Source: Carcharhinus amblyrhynchos (lineage: Eukaryota). Taken from it: a stretch of 64,000 nucleotides of DNA. A program made the position numbers and the translations under genes. The DNA lies in contig OZ336878.1 of assembly GCA_965287045.1 (NCBI GenBank), forward strand, positions 42,966,001-43,030,000. The letters are read 5' to 3'. Positions within the stretch are counted from its first letter, which is position 1. Each line of letters starts with the position of its first letter. Below the pieces are notes generated by a model. That model saw only the letters and a list, made by a program, of their open reading frames with translations. It did not search any database and was not told the DNA's origin. This document shows positions 1-21,500 of this stretch, piece by piece.

Positions 1-8600
<8,600 letters not shown>

Positions 8601-11600
8601 CTATTAAACAAATAAATAAAAGACAATTGAAAAATCCACGGACAGTTCACTTAAATAAAGAGATTTAATTCAATACCATTGTATACTCAGACCAGCGCAG
8701 TATTTTGTTCGAAGCTTGACTTAGGAAAATTTATGCCATGTACAGTGAGTATTCTTTGTGTAGAACAGTCAGAAAGATGCCGACAGCGTAACTGAAAGCA
8801 CCCATGTAGGTAACGTCCAAAACACTTGCCAATTTTCAAGACGCTCCCTGCGTGTGCTCAGTTTGTTTATGAAGAGCTTTCCCAAAACAGTAGAGAGAAG
8901 GATCCCTCGACTAAAGCATGGGTGCTTTCATTAACCTTCGCCAGCTTTAAAAAAAAATGCAGATCTCTTCACTCTCCATCCCCAACCCCTTTGCATGTGG
9001 TGTAGCCAGCATGAGCCCGCCTATTTGGCAAATTCCACACACTAGAATGCCAATCAACAGCTCGTACGAGGGGGCTTTGTGCAAAGCAAGAGAGGATAAA
9101 CCCCCCCCCCCCCCCACCCCCACTCCCCACAAGATGGTTTCAAACACAGCAAGTCTGTACAGTCAGAAAAAAATCTGCATATTCTTCATTGTGAATTCAT
9201 GCTATTTTCTCAAGAAATGTCACATTGAGCTGTGCCCTTGTGGAAAATAAAAATAAGAAACACTCATACATTATCTGGAGTTCCAATCTGGTGATGCCAA
9301 ATAGGAAGTATCGAATACTTTATTAATAAGTAGTTTGTTTGCAATCCTGATTTGGTAATATGATAAAACAAATTTCACCCACACCACCTGCCCCTCCCCT
9401 CCCCCCCCCCCACTCAATCCCACCACCACCTCCAATAAATACACAAATATTGTAAATCTAGGCAAGGAACTGTGATCATTACCAACCTTTAAAATCAATA
9501 ATATCAAAGTGACTGTGGCAAACTGATATATAACTACTTAACGATTTCAATATAAACAACAAAGCAAGTAGCCCTAGCTGATTGTGCACTGTTAAATGTT
9601 TATTTTAACTATTACATTTCACGTTATTTGACTTTTACAATTATCCAGTCAAAGCCCAACATGTTGATGAATGACTATAAATTTAAAACAAAATACACAT
9701 TATATTTAAAAAGCTAGAGAAGAAAAAGGCAAAAAATTCTAAGCACAACTACCATCTGTCTTTTTCTTTTGTTTAAACTAAGTGTTGCATAAAGTGTGTT
9801 TTTTAAATAACAAAACAACAGAACATCATTTTTACACAGACAAACACAAAACATTTGATTTCACAGCAGAAAGATATTATTTTGAAATGGTGTACATTTT
9901 GTATTCTCTCTGCTGAATAAAGTTGTGCATTTCCATTGTGTCAATGAAGCCAAAGCTGTAAAGGCTGGAAGGGATTTTGCTTAATGAAATAAATTAATGA
10001 AAAAATGTTGCATTGGTGGGAACATTTAGAGGATTTTTAGATTAAAGTGAATTTTCATTTACCAACCTTTCTCCAGCCACACGACATCTGGCCTGTAATT
10101 CTTCAAGCTTAACTGAATTCCTTTACTACAATCATCTACACGTAGGTAACAATCTGTCCTGTAAAGGAGATTTTCAAACTGCCAAAACAAATAATGAAGC
10201 TCAAATTTATTAAGTGTCTATCCTAAGCAGATATATGCTTCTTTCTATAGCATTGCAAAGAATGGGGAAAGGATAGGACAATCCATTCCTTCCTGCGCAA
10301 AATTTAAAATAAATTGACTAATTTTAACAAATTAATTTCAAAATATTAAATAGTTAATGTAGCCATTCCTTTTTTGCCTGTCTAATTTTTTTCATTCAAA
10401 AATTCCTTAAGTTAACCTTTACCATATGATTTGGCTTTGTCAAAGTATAAAGTAACATGGAGATACAAATCTCTGCAGAAATAGCTTTGTCTTATACCAT
10501 TTTACTCAAGTGAATTAATTTATTCAATTCTACACTAAAATTACTATTCTAAATATGGCACAAATTGCCAACTCTAGAATTAATTCCAAGGTAAAGATCA
10601 CCTCCTGTTAAAGTGCATTTATGGAGTGAATATAGACATAGTACAGCTGTAGATAAAAACCTAGAGTCTGTATTTGACCTTGGCCGCGTGAATGCATGGA
10701 ACAAGGGATGCCAGTGTGGTGATACTATGTCACCACATTGGTGTCCTTTGCTGTGGTCTCCAGATGTCACAAGTTCAAATCTGATCTCTGTTACGTTGTA
10801 TCTGCAACAGACCTCAGGCCTGTAAACCCACGTACCATGGGGAGGAGTAAAATAAAACATTTCCAATAAAAAGAAAACCTCAGCAACAACTTTGCAAAAT
10901 ACGTATTGTTATTTAAATGTTTTAAATGTATTGACTGACAGATTTAAGAAAATGAACTTTGTGGACTAGTGTAAAATTTAAGCTTTCTAAACAAGGTACT
11001 CAAGAATATTTGGCAGTGTTTTGCCAATGTACTTTTATGTTTTAATCCAGTCAGACGTCAACCAGTTTCATAGATTCTTGCATCGACTTTATGTTGGAAA
11101 TCATCCAATGTATCGTTTCCCTGTTCTACCTCAAAGCTAATTCAGAAAAGAAGCTTTGAACTACTTTAGCCCAGTATCAACGTCAACCCTAAATCTTCCC
11201 CATCGCCTGACAACTTTCCTTCTCAGTCTCCAACTGGAATTAAGGTACTTAACATTTGCTACAAAATAAATTTTTAAAAAGTGATAGTAAACTGAACTTT
11301 GCAGTAATAACAAAAGTAAACTAGCAAGAGTTTTAGTTGCTGTTATTAGTTTGATTTCTAGATATAGGAATGACTCCGCTACAGTCATTCATATATCTAG
11401 AAGTCAGACACAAAAATATCAAGACTTAAACACCTGTAGCAGTTAAATAATGTTTTGTGAATCGAAGTCAGTTCCCATTGCAGGGATCTACGACACTGAG
11501 GTGCAAGATGCGTTGAACTGTTTTTCTTTCCTTTTGCTCATTACATGATCAAAAAATAAACTATATTTTCTCATAACTAAAGCCTGTTCCACCTTTACAT

Positions 11601-13331
11601 CTTTTTAAATGTAGGCCTCGAGTTTGAACTGATTTCTAAATATTCTAAACATTTGGAGGCCAAACCACTTAGTTCCTTAAGTGACAATCAGTGAAGTTGT
11701 GGTTTTGTTGTGGGTCTATTTTCATATAAACCTCAGCACTGCACTCCAGTGCAGCAAGCACATCCTTCCTTTGGCACTGCCACATCAATTAGTGCATACT
11801 GTATAAAATGAAGGAGCAAACAGAATAAGCACCAATTTTCTTTTAAGTGGTCAAAAACTTTGCATACTTGCACTAAACACGGATAATTGGACCACTTTAT
11901 TGTTTACAAACAACTGTCTCTGAGTGCTGAAAATCAAATTGCCCACTCGGCGCCATATAGTGTTCATGCTTCTCCTCACTTTTTTTTTGCCGTTAATTTA
12001 TTGTAACAGCCTGGTGTTTTTTCTTAGATAACTCTAGGCAGTTTTTGGTCTTTTACGTGTATTTTTGTTTAAGTTAAGTCTGCTGGGAAAACAGGATCCA
12101 ATTTTGAAAAAGTTTTTTTTAAGTTTTATTTTAAAAAATGACTGATTCAAAAGTGACTGATTACAAGCTTCTACATTTTTTCAACAGGATAGTTCAATAA
12201 AACCCTGTTTGATTCTATGAAGTACAATGACAACTGCAGTAATTGCTTATTAACTCAAAAGATCCAAATATAATTTCAATTTCCTCCTCATGGAGCACTT
12301 GGTTACTTTTAAAAGAAAATCATGAAGCACGTTTATCACTGTATTTGCTATTCAAAAATCTCAAAAGTGAAGTTGGGAAAAGGGTTGCAACTGAAGAGCT
12401 GTCTCACTAAATTACTTACAATTATCTACCCCATTATTCAAAATGACAAAGCCAAAAATGTTGAAATGTAATAATACTGTGTGCAGCATTAGAAATTAGG
12501 GATTTCCTATGCATTAAATGGCTGTAAAAATAGGTAATATTTCGTACCAATGAATTACTGGAGGTACAGCAGAACTTATGTTAAAATAGCATTTCATTGC
12601 TAAAAATATTGAATAACTCCCAACTTTCGACAAAGTAGTGAAAGACAATAATTTAACGTGTGCTTGTGTCCTTTAAGGCAACAGGAGAGGCCAACTTCAG
12701 ACACTAAAGACCAACAGTTACTTCAAGATGGTCACAATGACTTTAAGTTGCTGTTAAAAATGTCAGCAAAGAATACTGCAAACCTTTTGTACAGCTAATA
12801 GGTTACAAAGTTTCTGTGAAGATCTTGATGCTGTACCCTCAGCCAGACAAAGAAATCTTGCAGCTGATATTGAAGTAGACTCGCAGAAACATTGCAAATT
12901 GTTGCTGAAGCTTTTTTAAAACTTTAAATCGCGTGCAAGTGCGTTTTAAAAGGAACAGACTATGACTGGCAAAGGTTGGTTAAAAAAAATCGAAAGTGAT
13001 TTTTTAAAAAATAATTCCAGTTGGAGAAAAGCAGCGATCCTGAGTTTGCTGTGCAGGGTTAATATTTTAACCGAGTATGTCGAATTCTCCGGGTTGGAAG
13101 TCCCATGAGAGAGATGTAGGGTGCAAAATAAAGAAGATTTCAAAGTGAAAGTCGCGATTCGGAAACTTGGAAGTGTGGAAGAGAAAGAAAGACGGGCGCA
13201 CCAGCGGACAGCGCTTCCACGGGGAAAACCCTGTACACTTTCAAAAAAAACACTGCTGGAATAGCGACAATAAAACCACACCGAAAGATGATGAGCTTTT
13301 TTTTTAGGGGGGGTGACTAACAGAAACTTAC

Positions 13332-13346
13332 CGAGAGGAATGACAT
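13332..13346 (-). CDS. Candidate alternative NFIA first coding exon or microexon (MSFLS)
   Basis: GCAGCA ATG TCA TTC CTC TCG|gtaagt: consensus donor, phase 0, in frame with exon 2, in-frame TAA 15 nt upstream, within a CpG-rich part of intron 1. Confidence 0.5.
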
Positions 13347-13567
13347 TGCTGCGGGGAGTTAGGAAGAGAGGAGGAAAGGGGAGGGAATCACAATATTGAG
13401 GAACGGGGGAAGGGAAGCCGATCCCATCCCAGACCACAACGCCCGCAACCCATCCGAGCGCACCACTGTTACCCAAAGTTCAAGCCTCTCGCCCTCCCAA
13501 GGAAAAGTGGAGTTAGTTGACGTGTGGACAGTCCACACCTGCTGGCGTGCAAATAAAACAAGAAACA

Positions 13568-13584
13568 ACACACACACACACACA
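13568..13584. repeat. (CA)n microsatellite
   Basis: acacacacacacacaca. Confidence 0.9.
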
Positions 13585-14316
13585 GCAGAAAGAGAAAATA
13601 AATTAAAAAAAAATACCACCCTGCCTTCAAATCCCTGAAAACCAGTGTGGAAAAACCGCCAGCAAACCCAGCCCGGAGGGGGGGGGGGGGGGTGAGACAT
13701 ACACACACACAGACAAACACACCGAAAGCATTGGGAAGGCGGTGTAATCTGGTGAGGAAGCAGCAGCGGAATTGTTATCCAAGATATTAAAATTAAACTT
13801 CCGCGCTGCGCTCTTGTGAGTAAACTCCGTGCCTTCAAGAGTCACAACAAAAGCGTGATTCCCCCATCGCCTTGCTTCCCTCCCACCCACAATACTGTAA
13901 AATAAGCAGCGATCGCCACACTTTGCTGCCCGCGAAAACTCTGAGGAACAAACAGCCTCTTGTCTCCCAAACCAGCCCCCCCTCCTCGCCAACCCCCCAC
14001 CACCACCAAAAAAAAGCCCCTCTTGGAAAATGTGTGCTTTTCAAAATAAAACAAAAATATTACGGTCTCTTTCACATCCCCCCCCCACAAAAAAATAAAT
14101 ATTAATAACGTATCCGCCATTAGCCATGTGCCTTCAGTGGGGCAGATCGCTGAACCCAGACACTGATCTGAGGGAGAGGCATTGGAGAGGGAGAGGTGGT
14201 GGTGGTGGGGGTGGGGAGGGGGGGTGTTAAAAAAAAAGGAGAGAGGAAAAAAAGTTTAATAAAAAAGACCATGACGGGCTCTGAAGGGATACAAATGTTG
14301 CAGAAATGTATCCTAC

Positions 14317-14343
14317 CTGGGTGAGACAGAGCGGAGAGTACAT
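14317..14343 (-). CDS. NFIA: NFIA coding exon 1 (MYSPLCLTQ)
   Basis: Minus strand ATG TAC TCT CCG CTC TGT CTC ACC CAG|gtagga. 27 nt, phase 0, joins in frame to GAT of exon 2. MYSPLCLTQ is the NFIA N-terminus (NFIB is MMYSPICLTQ, NFIX is MYSPYCLTQ). Confidence 0.96.
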
Positions 14344-15500
14344 TATTGTGGCGGTGCTGGTGGTGGTGAGAGGAAAAGCCGGCTTTCACATTTCAGTCTC
14401 GAACTGAAGCCAGCTCTCTTCTCCATCCTGAACTTTAACCCCGCCTATAGTTAGTATATAGTCTACATCCCAACTCTCCGTAGCTCACTCTGACAGTCCA
14501 GGCGCTGTTCCTCACACACACACACACACAACACACACACCTTCCCCACCCTCTTTTTTTATTATTTTTTTCCCCTCTTAAACCTCTCTCTCTCTCTCAA
14601 GCCCTGCTTTCTACCCGCTGCGATCTCTCTCTGGATAATGTGAGGGAGAATATGAGGGGAAAAGTCAACACTTTTGCCGGGCTGTCAGGGAAGCGAAGCC
14701 CGCGCTCACTCACTCACTCTCTCTCCTTTCCCCCCGCGATGTTGGACTGCTCTCCCTCCCCTCACAGCCAGCCCTCCCCGCAGCTCTCACAGCCAAGCCG
14801 GCCCGAAGCTGGATCGAGCCGTCCTGTCCCTTCCCTCACACACTCTCTCTCTCTCTGCGTCAATACACCAATGCAGCAGCAGCAGCGAGAGGGGGAAAAA
14901 AAAAGTCTGGCTGGAAGCGGCGCCTCAAAATGTGGATGCCCACACTCAAAAAAAACTTGGACTTGAACGTGAGAAAGAGCCCAGTGTCTCTCATCGCCCT
15001 TTCACCAAAAGAAATCAGTCACCACCGATGTTGCCTCCCAACCCCCTCCCCACAAAAAAAGTTGAAGTCAGCCCGCAAGTTTGTGGTATGAATTATGAAG
15101 TGTTTTCCTGCCTTCGAGCAAAATATGTTTCCCCTGCACCAAAAGTTAGTTGGGAATGTGGGATTTTTTTTCTTATTGGGTCCGTATTTTTATAAGATTG
15201 TGAGGCTTTGGCGCCTTTTTTTAACAACATTAAATTGCAATACATAACTAAGGATCATGTGGCTGTGTATTTGGGCTTTTTCTACCCCCCCCTTCATCGC
15301 GTCACCTAGACCGAATGTCACGTCCACGACTCCTCCGCCCGCCCGCCTGCTGCTCATTGTTTGACATTCTCTCTGCCTGCGCTAGTGACCCAGATGTAAC
15401 ACACTGAATGGTGAAGGATCGGCCGGCCAACGCGCATGTACCTTTCCTGCAACGCACCCTGGGCCTTGTAGTCTTAGGCCCCCTCCTGTCCACTGCGCAA
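14344..15500 (-). promoter_or_regulatory. NFIA: NFIA 5'UTR and proximal promoter (CpG-rich, GC boxes, CT and CA tracts)
   Basis: Immediately upstream of the ATG. Minus-strand TAGGCGGGGTTAAAGTTCAG (about 14429-14448), CCGCCCGCCCGCC at about 15335-15347, CRE-like GTCACGTC, many CpGs. The TSS cannot be placed from sequence. Confidence 0.75.
14513..14598. repeat. (CA)n and (CT)n tracts in the promoter
   Basis: cacacacacacacacaca acacacacac, then ctctctctctctctc. Confidence 0.9.
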
Positions 15501-17429
15501 CTTCACCCAACAGCAGTAAATGAGCTAGTGGCTGGCTTGATCGCACACAATTTGGAGCAAGGGGTGCACACTAGTGTCACACCTTGTGAGATTTTCTGTT
15601 CACGTGCATATTGAAATATCTCTAGAGAAATATGCATGTCTTGTGAGATGTCTCCCCCGCCCCATCCACTGGTCATATAAACAATAAATACTCAAAAAGT
15701 ATTGGATTTGGGGGCCGTGGCATCTTGATGGAATGTCACGTCTAGAATGTGTGTTGGAATGAACGCAGCCCTCTCGAGCTGAAAAGTCACAAATCGAAAG
15801 CAGGATGGGAAGACAGGAGGAATGAAAACATATGGCACAAAGTTAGGAGCCCTTCACAATACTGCACAAAATATTCCAACATGTTGCAACCATAACCAGA
15901 CTTGTTATCTCTTAAGACTTTTCACTGCGTCAGCGACTTAGCAATAACTTGAAAACACAGAACGGGCCCTTCTCATCAGCACGTGTTTGTTCAACTGTCC
16001 CTAAATTTAAAAGTACATACACATCTCCTCGTTGTCCGAGAGTTTAAGGCATCTGATTTAGTCTATCCCAGCTAGTTGTGGCATAGCACCATTATATTTT
16101 ATTGTCCAATACTGCTCTCAGCAGGTAAGTTAATTTTATAGTGAGGTTCCAAGATTCTCCATTCAGAAGTCATTTTTGAATTTGACAGGCCAATACGGGT
16201 ATTGTATCTTCAGAGAGTCTGGTTAGGGTGCCCACACCCAATTCTAAAAATCTATTCTAGTGATATTTATCAATATAATACTCAGCCTATATATTATGAA
16301 CTGAAAAATACTATGTTCCTGGAATGTTAAGAAGGTAACGTGAGAGAGAGACATGGTTTGAGATGGTGAGCAGAATGGAATGTGGCCGCTCTACAACAAC
16401 GGAGGAAGCGGCATATGCAAAGTGCTTCATTTCAGTGAAGGCATGCCCCTTCCCTTACACAGAGCATGTCATAATACATCTCATATATGTACGTTTGTTT
16501 AGTCAATAATGTATACACAAGTCAATGTAAAATAGATGCATCATTCTTTCACACTATAGATTACAAAGTGCAACAAGGAGCAATCATTCTGAGGGTTACA
16601 TTTCCACTTCTTGAGTTCACATGCTACAGAAATCCCTGTGGCTATTGTCGCATAATTGATCGTCATAACTCATTCAGAACCTTATAACATCGATTTATCT
16701 AAACCAAAAAAAAATGGCAGCAGCAGTCTTCGGCCAATTTCAAAGGTTTCCACTGCCCCTATTATGACAGAACCTTCTCTCCTGACAGGACCCTTCCTCC
16801 AATCGCAGAGGAAGATATCTACAGTCTTGTTGCGCTAGCCCTACAAATTACTAGTCTTTTAAAGTCTGGCATGTCAACACTTAATGTATGGGCAACATTC
16901 ACGCGAGATTATTAGTAGGGATACTGCCAAATAGTTTAATTGCATGCATATTATGTATAATTGCAAACGTTACATATAATTAAATGAAAATGTCAGCGTT
17001 TGTCAAAGTTCCATTACATGTCAAGAAACGTTTCAATAAATACGCGATTCTTCGAAATCTATTCAGTATATCCCGGGATTTAGATAATATCCAGACTTAA
17101 AAGAAACAGTAGCATGGTTAGTGGTCTAACGAACACAGTGCAACTTATTTACTCCGTGGATAAACCTCACCTCATTTAGCACAATTACAATTATAAGACA
17201 GAAAATACATAACTTTTGCAAAGATGAGCCCTATAAAGACATTGGTGTGTTTTTGGTCACACAATATATATTTGGAAACATATTGTAATATAGTTCATAA
17301 AAGCAGAAAATGGTATGCAGGTAACATACAATCTGCTGCTATTAATCCTTGGTAATACTCACTGATCCAGCTATACTGTACATATCTGAACTACAGTTCC
17401 CAAGATACCCTTCCAAACTCTCCCATTCC

Positions 17430-18510
17430 ACCTACATCCAATTTGACAGCGGAAGCCTCGCCTTTCTACGCATTGATTGGCGCAATGCAGCGTGAGGATG
17501 TCAATGAAAGTTTCGATTGGTAGCAACTGCTGTCTATCATGTCGGGTCAAGTTCATGTCTCGAGTTCGCCTAACCGTTAGGAGAAAAGGTTTTTTTTAGA
17601 GACCGAGTCACACGTCTCGACAGAGCGAGCGCGCAACCTTATTTTTTTTGCCTCTCTTGGATCAGGTAAGCGACGGAGGAAATTTGCCAAGCTCAGCGCT
17701 TTCCAAGCTCACAGCAGCAGCCCAGTCTTGGCGCAATAATTGACATATTCCACATGGACACAAACTGGAACAGGCGTGACTTAAAAAAAAGACATCCTCT
17801 CATCAATTACCAGGCTGAAACATTTTTAAATATGCTTTAGATACAACATATCCCTGCTAAATCTTATTTTGCATTCAAGTTTAGAATATCTCTATTAAAA
17901 TCATAATTTAAAAAAAGTTCATTATGTATCACGTACCATTGCCATGTAAAGGGTACGTAAGAAACTTTAAATTGTTCAGACGTTTAGCTTCATTTGTTGT
18001 CGCCCCTTTTGTTGCTATTTTTTTGGTTTTAATATATAAACTGGGAGCCGTTGCAAACCGGAAGCGAAACCATGCAAAAGCCGCTGCGGAAAAAAAAAGT
18101 CGGCGAGAGATGCCGGAGATTTTTTTTGTTTGTTTCCAGAGAAGAAGCCCCTTTGAAAGCGTTCCAAGATTGCTCCCAGCTCCCTGGCTCTGTGCTGATG
18201 GCGAAAGAGCACTTTTTGCGGAGCGCCCTGAGAAGTTGCAATCGATTTGCAGCCCTTACTGTTTATTTCCGCATCGGTATTTGCATAGAAACCACGCACG
18301 GAGGCACGTCCGACCAATCGGCTTCCAGAATCCCGGGAGACGTGAGTCGCGCGAGCGTCTGGCCTGGGATTCCATTCCCGGGCTCGCGTTCCATTCCAGC
18401 AGCGATACAGTCCGCACCGTCTGCAGCTTCTTTCACCTTATAGCACACACAGAGAAGACATTTGTAATCGGTTGTGATTTTTTTCCCCCAATAGCAAACG
18501 TAGGTAAGCA
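17430..18510. promoter_or_regulatory. Distal CpG-rich promoter-like region, possibly bidirectional
   Basis: High CpG density. CCAAT boxes (ATTGG at about 17476 and 17516, CCAATCGG at about 18314) and ETS-like CGGAAG (about 17450, 18060). Splice donors point outward on both strands. Confidence 0.55.
17937..17945 (-). CDS. Candidate distal NFIA first-exon end (MAM, or M only)
   Basis: ATG GCA ATG|gtacgt, phase 0, directly downstream on the minus strand of the 18050-18430 CpG cluster. Would give MAM-DEFHPF or M-DEFHPF. Confidence 0.35.
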
Positions 18511-21500
18511 ATTGTGAAAGGCGATTGTTTTCTCTGTGAAGGGAAGGATCTGCGTGTACTCCATCCACAGTCATTTGCCCAGACCGTTTGGCAGATTTTT
18601 TTTGCTCTCTTATTTAATTTTAAGCGTACAGCAAAAACGATCACACTTGTATTAAACATATGCGTCAAAGAGTTGTTTAACTCGTGTATATTCTTGCAAA
18701 TAAAAATAAGCAACCTGCTAACCTTGGTGTCAGCCAAATAATAATACTGATTGAATGATTTATGCAGGAGCTTTTATTGATTTTTTTAACCAAAACTATT
18801 GTACTCAAATGGCAACAGTTGCTGCAGAACAAGGAAATAATTACTATAAATTTATTTTTTACTCAAGAGAATTAAAGTTTTCTTAATTTGGAATAAACTG
18901 TTTTCTCTCTACTTTGGCCCGTTTTATGTGTGAACACAGTTGCTTGAGAACATAATTATTCAACAACATTTTGACCTTGGTTGAGTGATCTATTAAATTA
19001 TTCAATAAAGATCGTGTTTTCAAATAATGTTGTATCTATTTATATTAGCTAGCAAACACTCAACAGCTTGTTATCTGAAACAGGCCTCCTGTTATCCATG
19101 TGAATATTCATAACGATACTTCTTTTTGTGAATATACCTTGTTTTGAATGTTTCTTGGTAAAAACCAGTAAAAATCAACGCTGTTTTAAAACTTTATATA
19201 ATAGGTCAGATAAATTAGAAAAAAAATCTTGATTTGGTGATCATTATATTTACATATATTTTAATAATGCGGTTGTACAACAACTTACTGCAATAGACAC
19301 TGTCCTAACCTGTATTATAGGTTGTCATTTCTGTTCTGATTAAACCATTGATCAAAATCGTGGTAGTGCAGACTTATAAGTTCATTTTACGTGTTGTCAC
19401 AAACTTGAGATTCTGTTTTCGTTAGACACAATCATAGGTTTGCTCAGATAGGTATGAAAAGATAATTATACACAGTATTTCAAGTCTTTTCGGGAATTCG
19501 CCTACTTATTTTGATAGTCATTTTCTTGTAAATATGCTACCCGCCTGGATGTATGTCTACAGATCATATGGCTATGTTGTTCGACCAATAAAATGCTCGC
19601 GCTTATGGTATAAGGCGTATGGGAAGCGAAGGCACAATGCGACTGAACACATTTTCGGCCACGACGCAAGTAATACATATGGAAATACACAGCCGCAAAA
19701 GGGCGCTCATGGACGTCTGTAAGATTTAAAACATTTTAACCATGGGCGTGCGAGCTTTTTGTAATTTACATTGTGTGTTTTAATATAAATGGAGACATTC
19801 AATATGTTTACATACAGTGTTAGAATGTACAAATAATCGGCACGGAAATTAAACTTAATGTACTGCATTAGGCTGCAAATCAAGTAGTGTATATATACAT
19901 CCTGTACAACCCAATTGCACCGAGCTGTAACCAAAGTCAGTTGTGCACTGATTAAATGCAGTAAGACACCAACTTTTTTGCGTACCATATGGATATACCA
20001 CACAAAAAGTACAGACAAATGCAGTGTTATATTTGTCACAGTTGCTTTCGTCGCTGCACTTGTTAAGTAGTCGCTGATAAACGTTATTGACTTTTCCATT
20101 TTTTTTATTTACATTGTACAGCAGTTTGTCAAAAGTGTAAAAATGAAAGGTATACTTGTTTCCCCCTCTCGCCGGTTACAAGTTAATCCAGTCACAGTTG
20201 CGGCACTCAGGAATACATTTGATCCGTAGTCTAGCTTCTTTTAAAAAAAGATTTCCACTGCAGATACACTGCAGTCTCGGTCAACAACAGCAGCAGCCAG
20301 CCAGCCTGCAAGCACCCAGAGGAACTTCGGAAAATACAGTATATCGACCACCGTCATTATGCTGATTTATGAAGACCAGGCATTCAGGGATTTCGCTGCA
20401 CCTTATTTCAGCAGTGTCATATTAATCAGATATGCTTCTTTAAATAAAAAACAAAAAATTCTGACGCCGAAGCGATTTCTGTGAATAAGGAAACTATTCG
20501 ACTCTTAATAAACAAGGCAAGTGGAAAATAAAGTCTCAACAAAACTAGACACTGCGACAGCACGTACAAAGCGAGCTGACGTTTACTAAAAGATCACAAT
20601 GCAAAATCTGCCCGGGTATTAAAAAAAACAAACACAGCATTGAATCATCCTAATGCACAGAATCAACATTTTCCCCCCAACACATGAATACATGTCACTT
20701 GCGGAAGTGTCCGTGTAAATTTGACGCTGGAGATACTGATCTGAAGACATTCCAGAACAGAGAACGAAAAAGACAGAAGTCTTTTTGTCTTTTTTACCCC
20801 CCGCAAAACCATCATGCTAAGATCCCAGATCTGGTGTTAACGCCGTGCAATATCACAACTAGAGGGCTCTCATAGCAACAACAAAAAAAAAGTGATTTAG
20901 TGATTTTGGAAAATGTTGCGAGAGTTACATGCCCTCCCCCAGTTACAATGGTGCACTCCAGCGCGTCGCGAGTTTTTTTCAGTCTTTATACTATTGCAGC
21001 GTTTTGGTTTCCTCGCGAAATATTGCCCCTAAAAGTAGAATCGTTGCTTTTCTGATGCAATGTTTGAAAAAGGGGCGACAGTAAAACAAAGTTGTTTATT
21101 GTGTCCTTCCTCCTTTTTCACTCTTTCGGCACCCATACGGAGGCGCATTCGGGAGATTTCTGACTAAAATGGAGTCGAGAGTCCAATAAACAGTCTTCTT
21201 ATTTACTCGCATTTCGATTTTGAAATATATCATCGTAGTAATGAGTGAAGTGAAGCTGTTTACAATCATTAGGTGACTTAATGACTCAAGTAAGGGGATA
21301 TGAAAATTCTTTAAAGAAGGGGCTTGGGCCGCCAATGTTAGCCAGCAAGTTTAACATTTTCACACTGGTTTGCAAATAAGAATTCGGCACCAGTTATCGA
21401 CAAAACACAGGATTATTAAAATTCAATACGATACCAGAAGACATTTGTCTTTTTAAAAAAATCTGGCTCCAAAACAGGTATACAATCTGCTAATAAAATA

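Noticed and set aside
12946-15195. Several 100-176 aa ORFs around exon 1
   Set aside because: Made of microsatellite and homopolymer translations (VCVCV, PPPPP), mostly with non-ATG starts.
17924-18517. 197-aa plus-strand ORF and overlapping ORFs
   Set aside because: No recognisable domain, and open frames on both strands are expected in GC- and CpG-rich promoter DNA.
9000-18740. NFI autoregulatory palindromes (TGGC...GCCAA at about 10556 and 11010; TTGGT...GCCAA at about 18724)
   Set aside because: Spacers are 7, 8 and 4 nt rather than the canonical 5. Only half-sites are supported.
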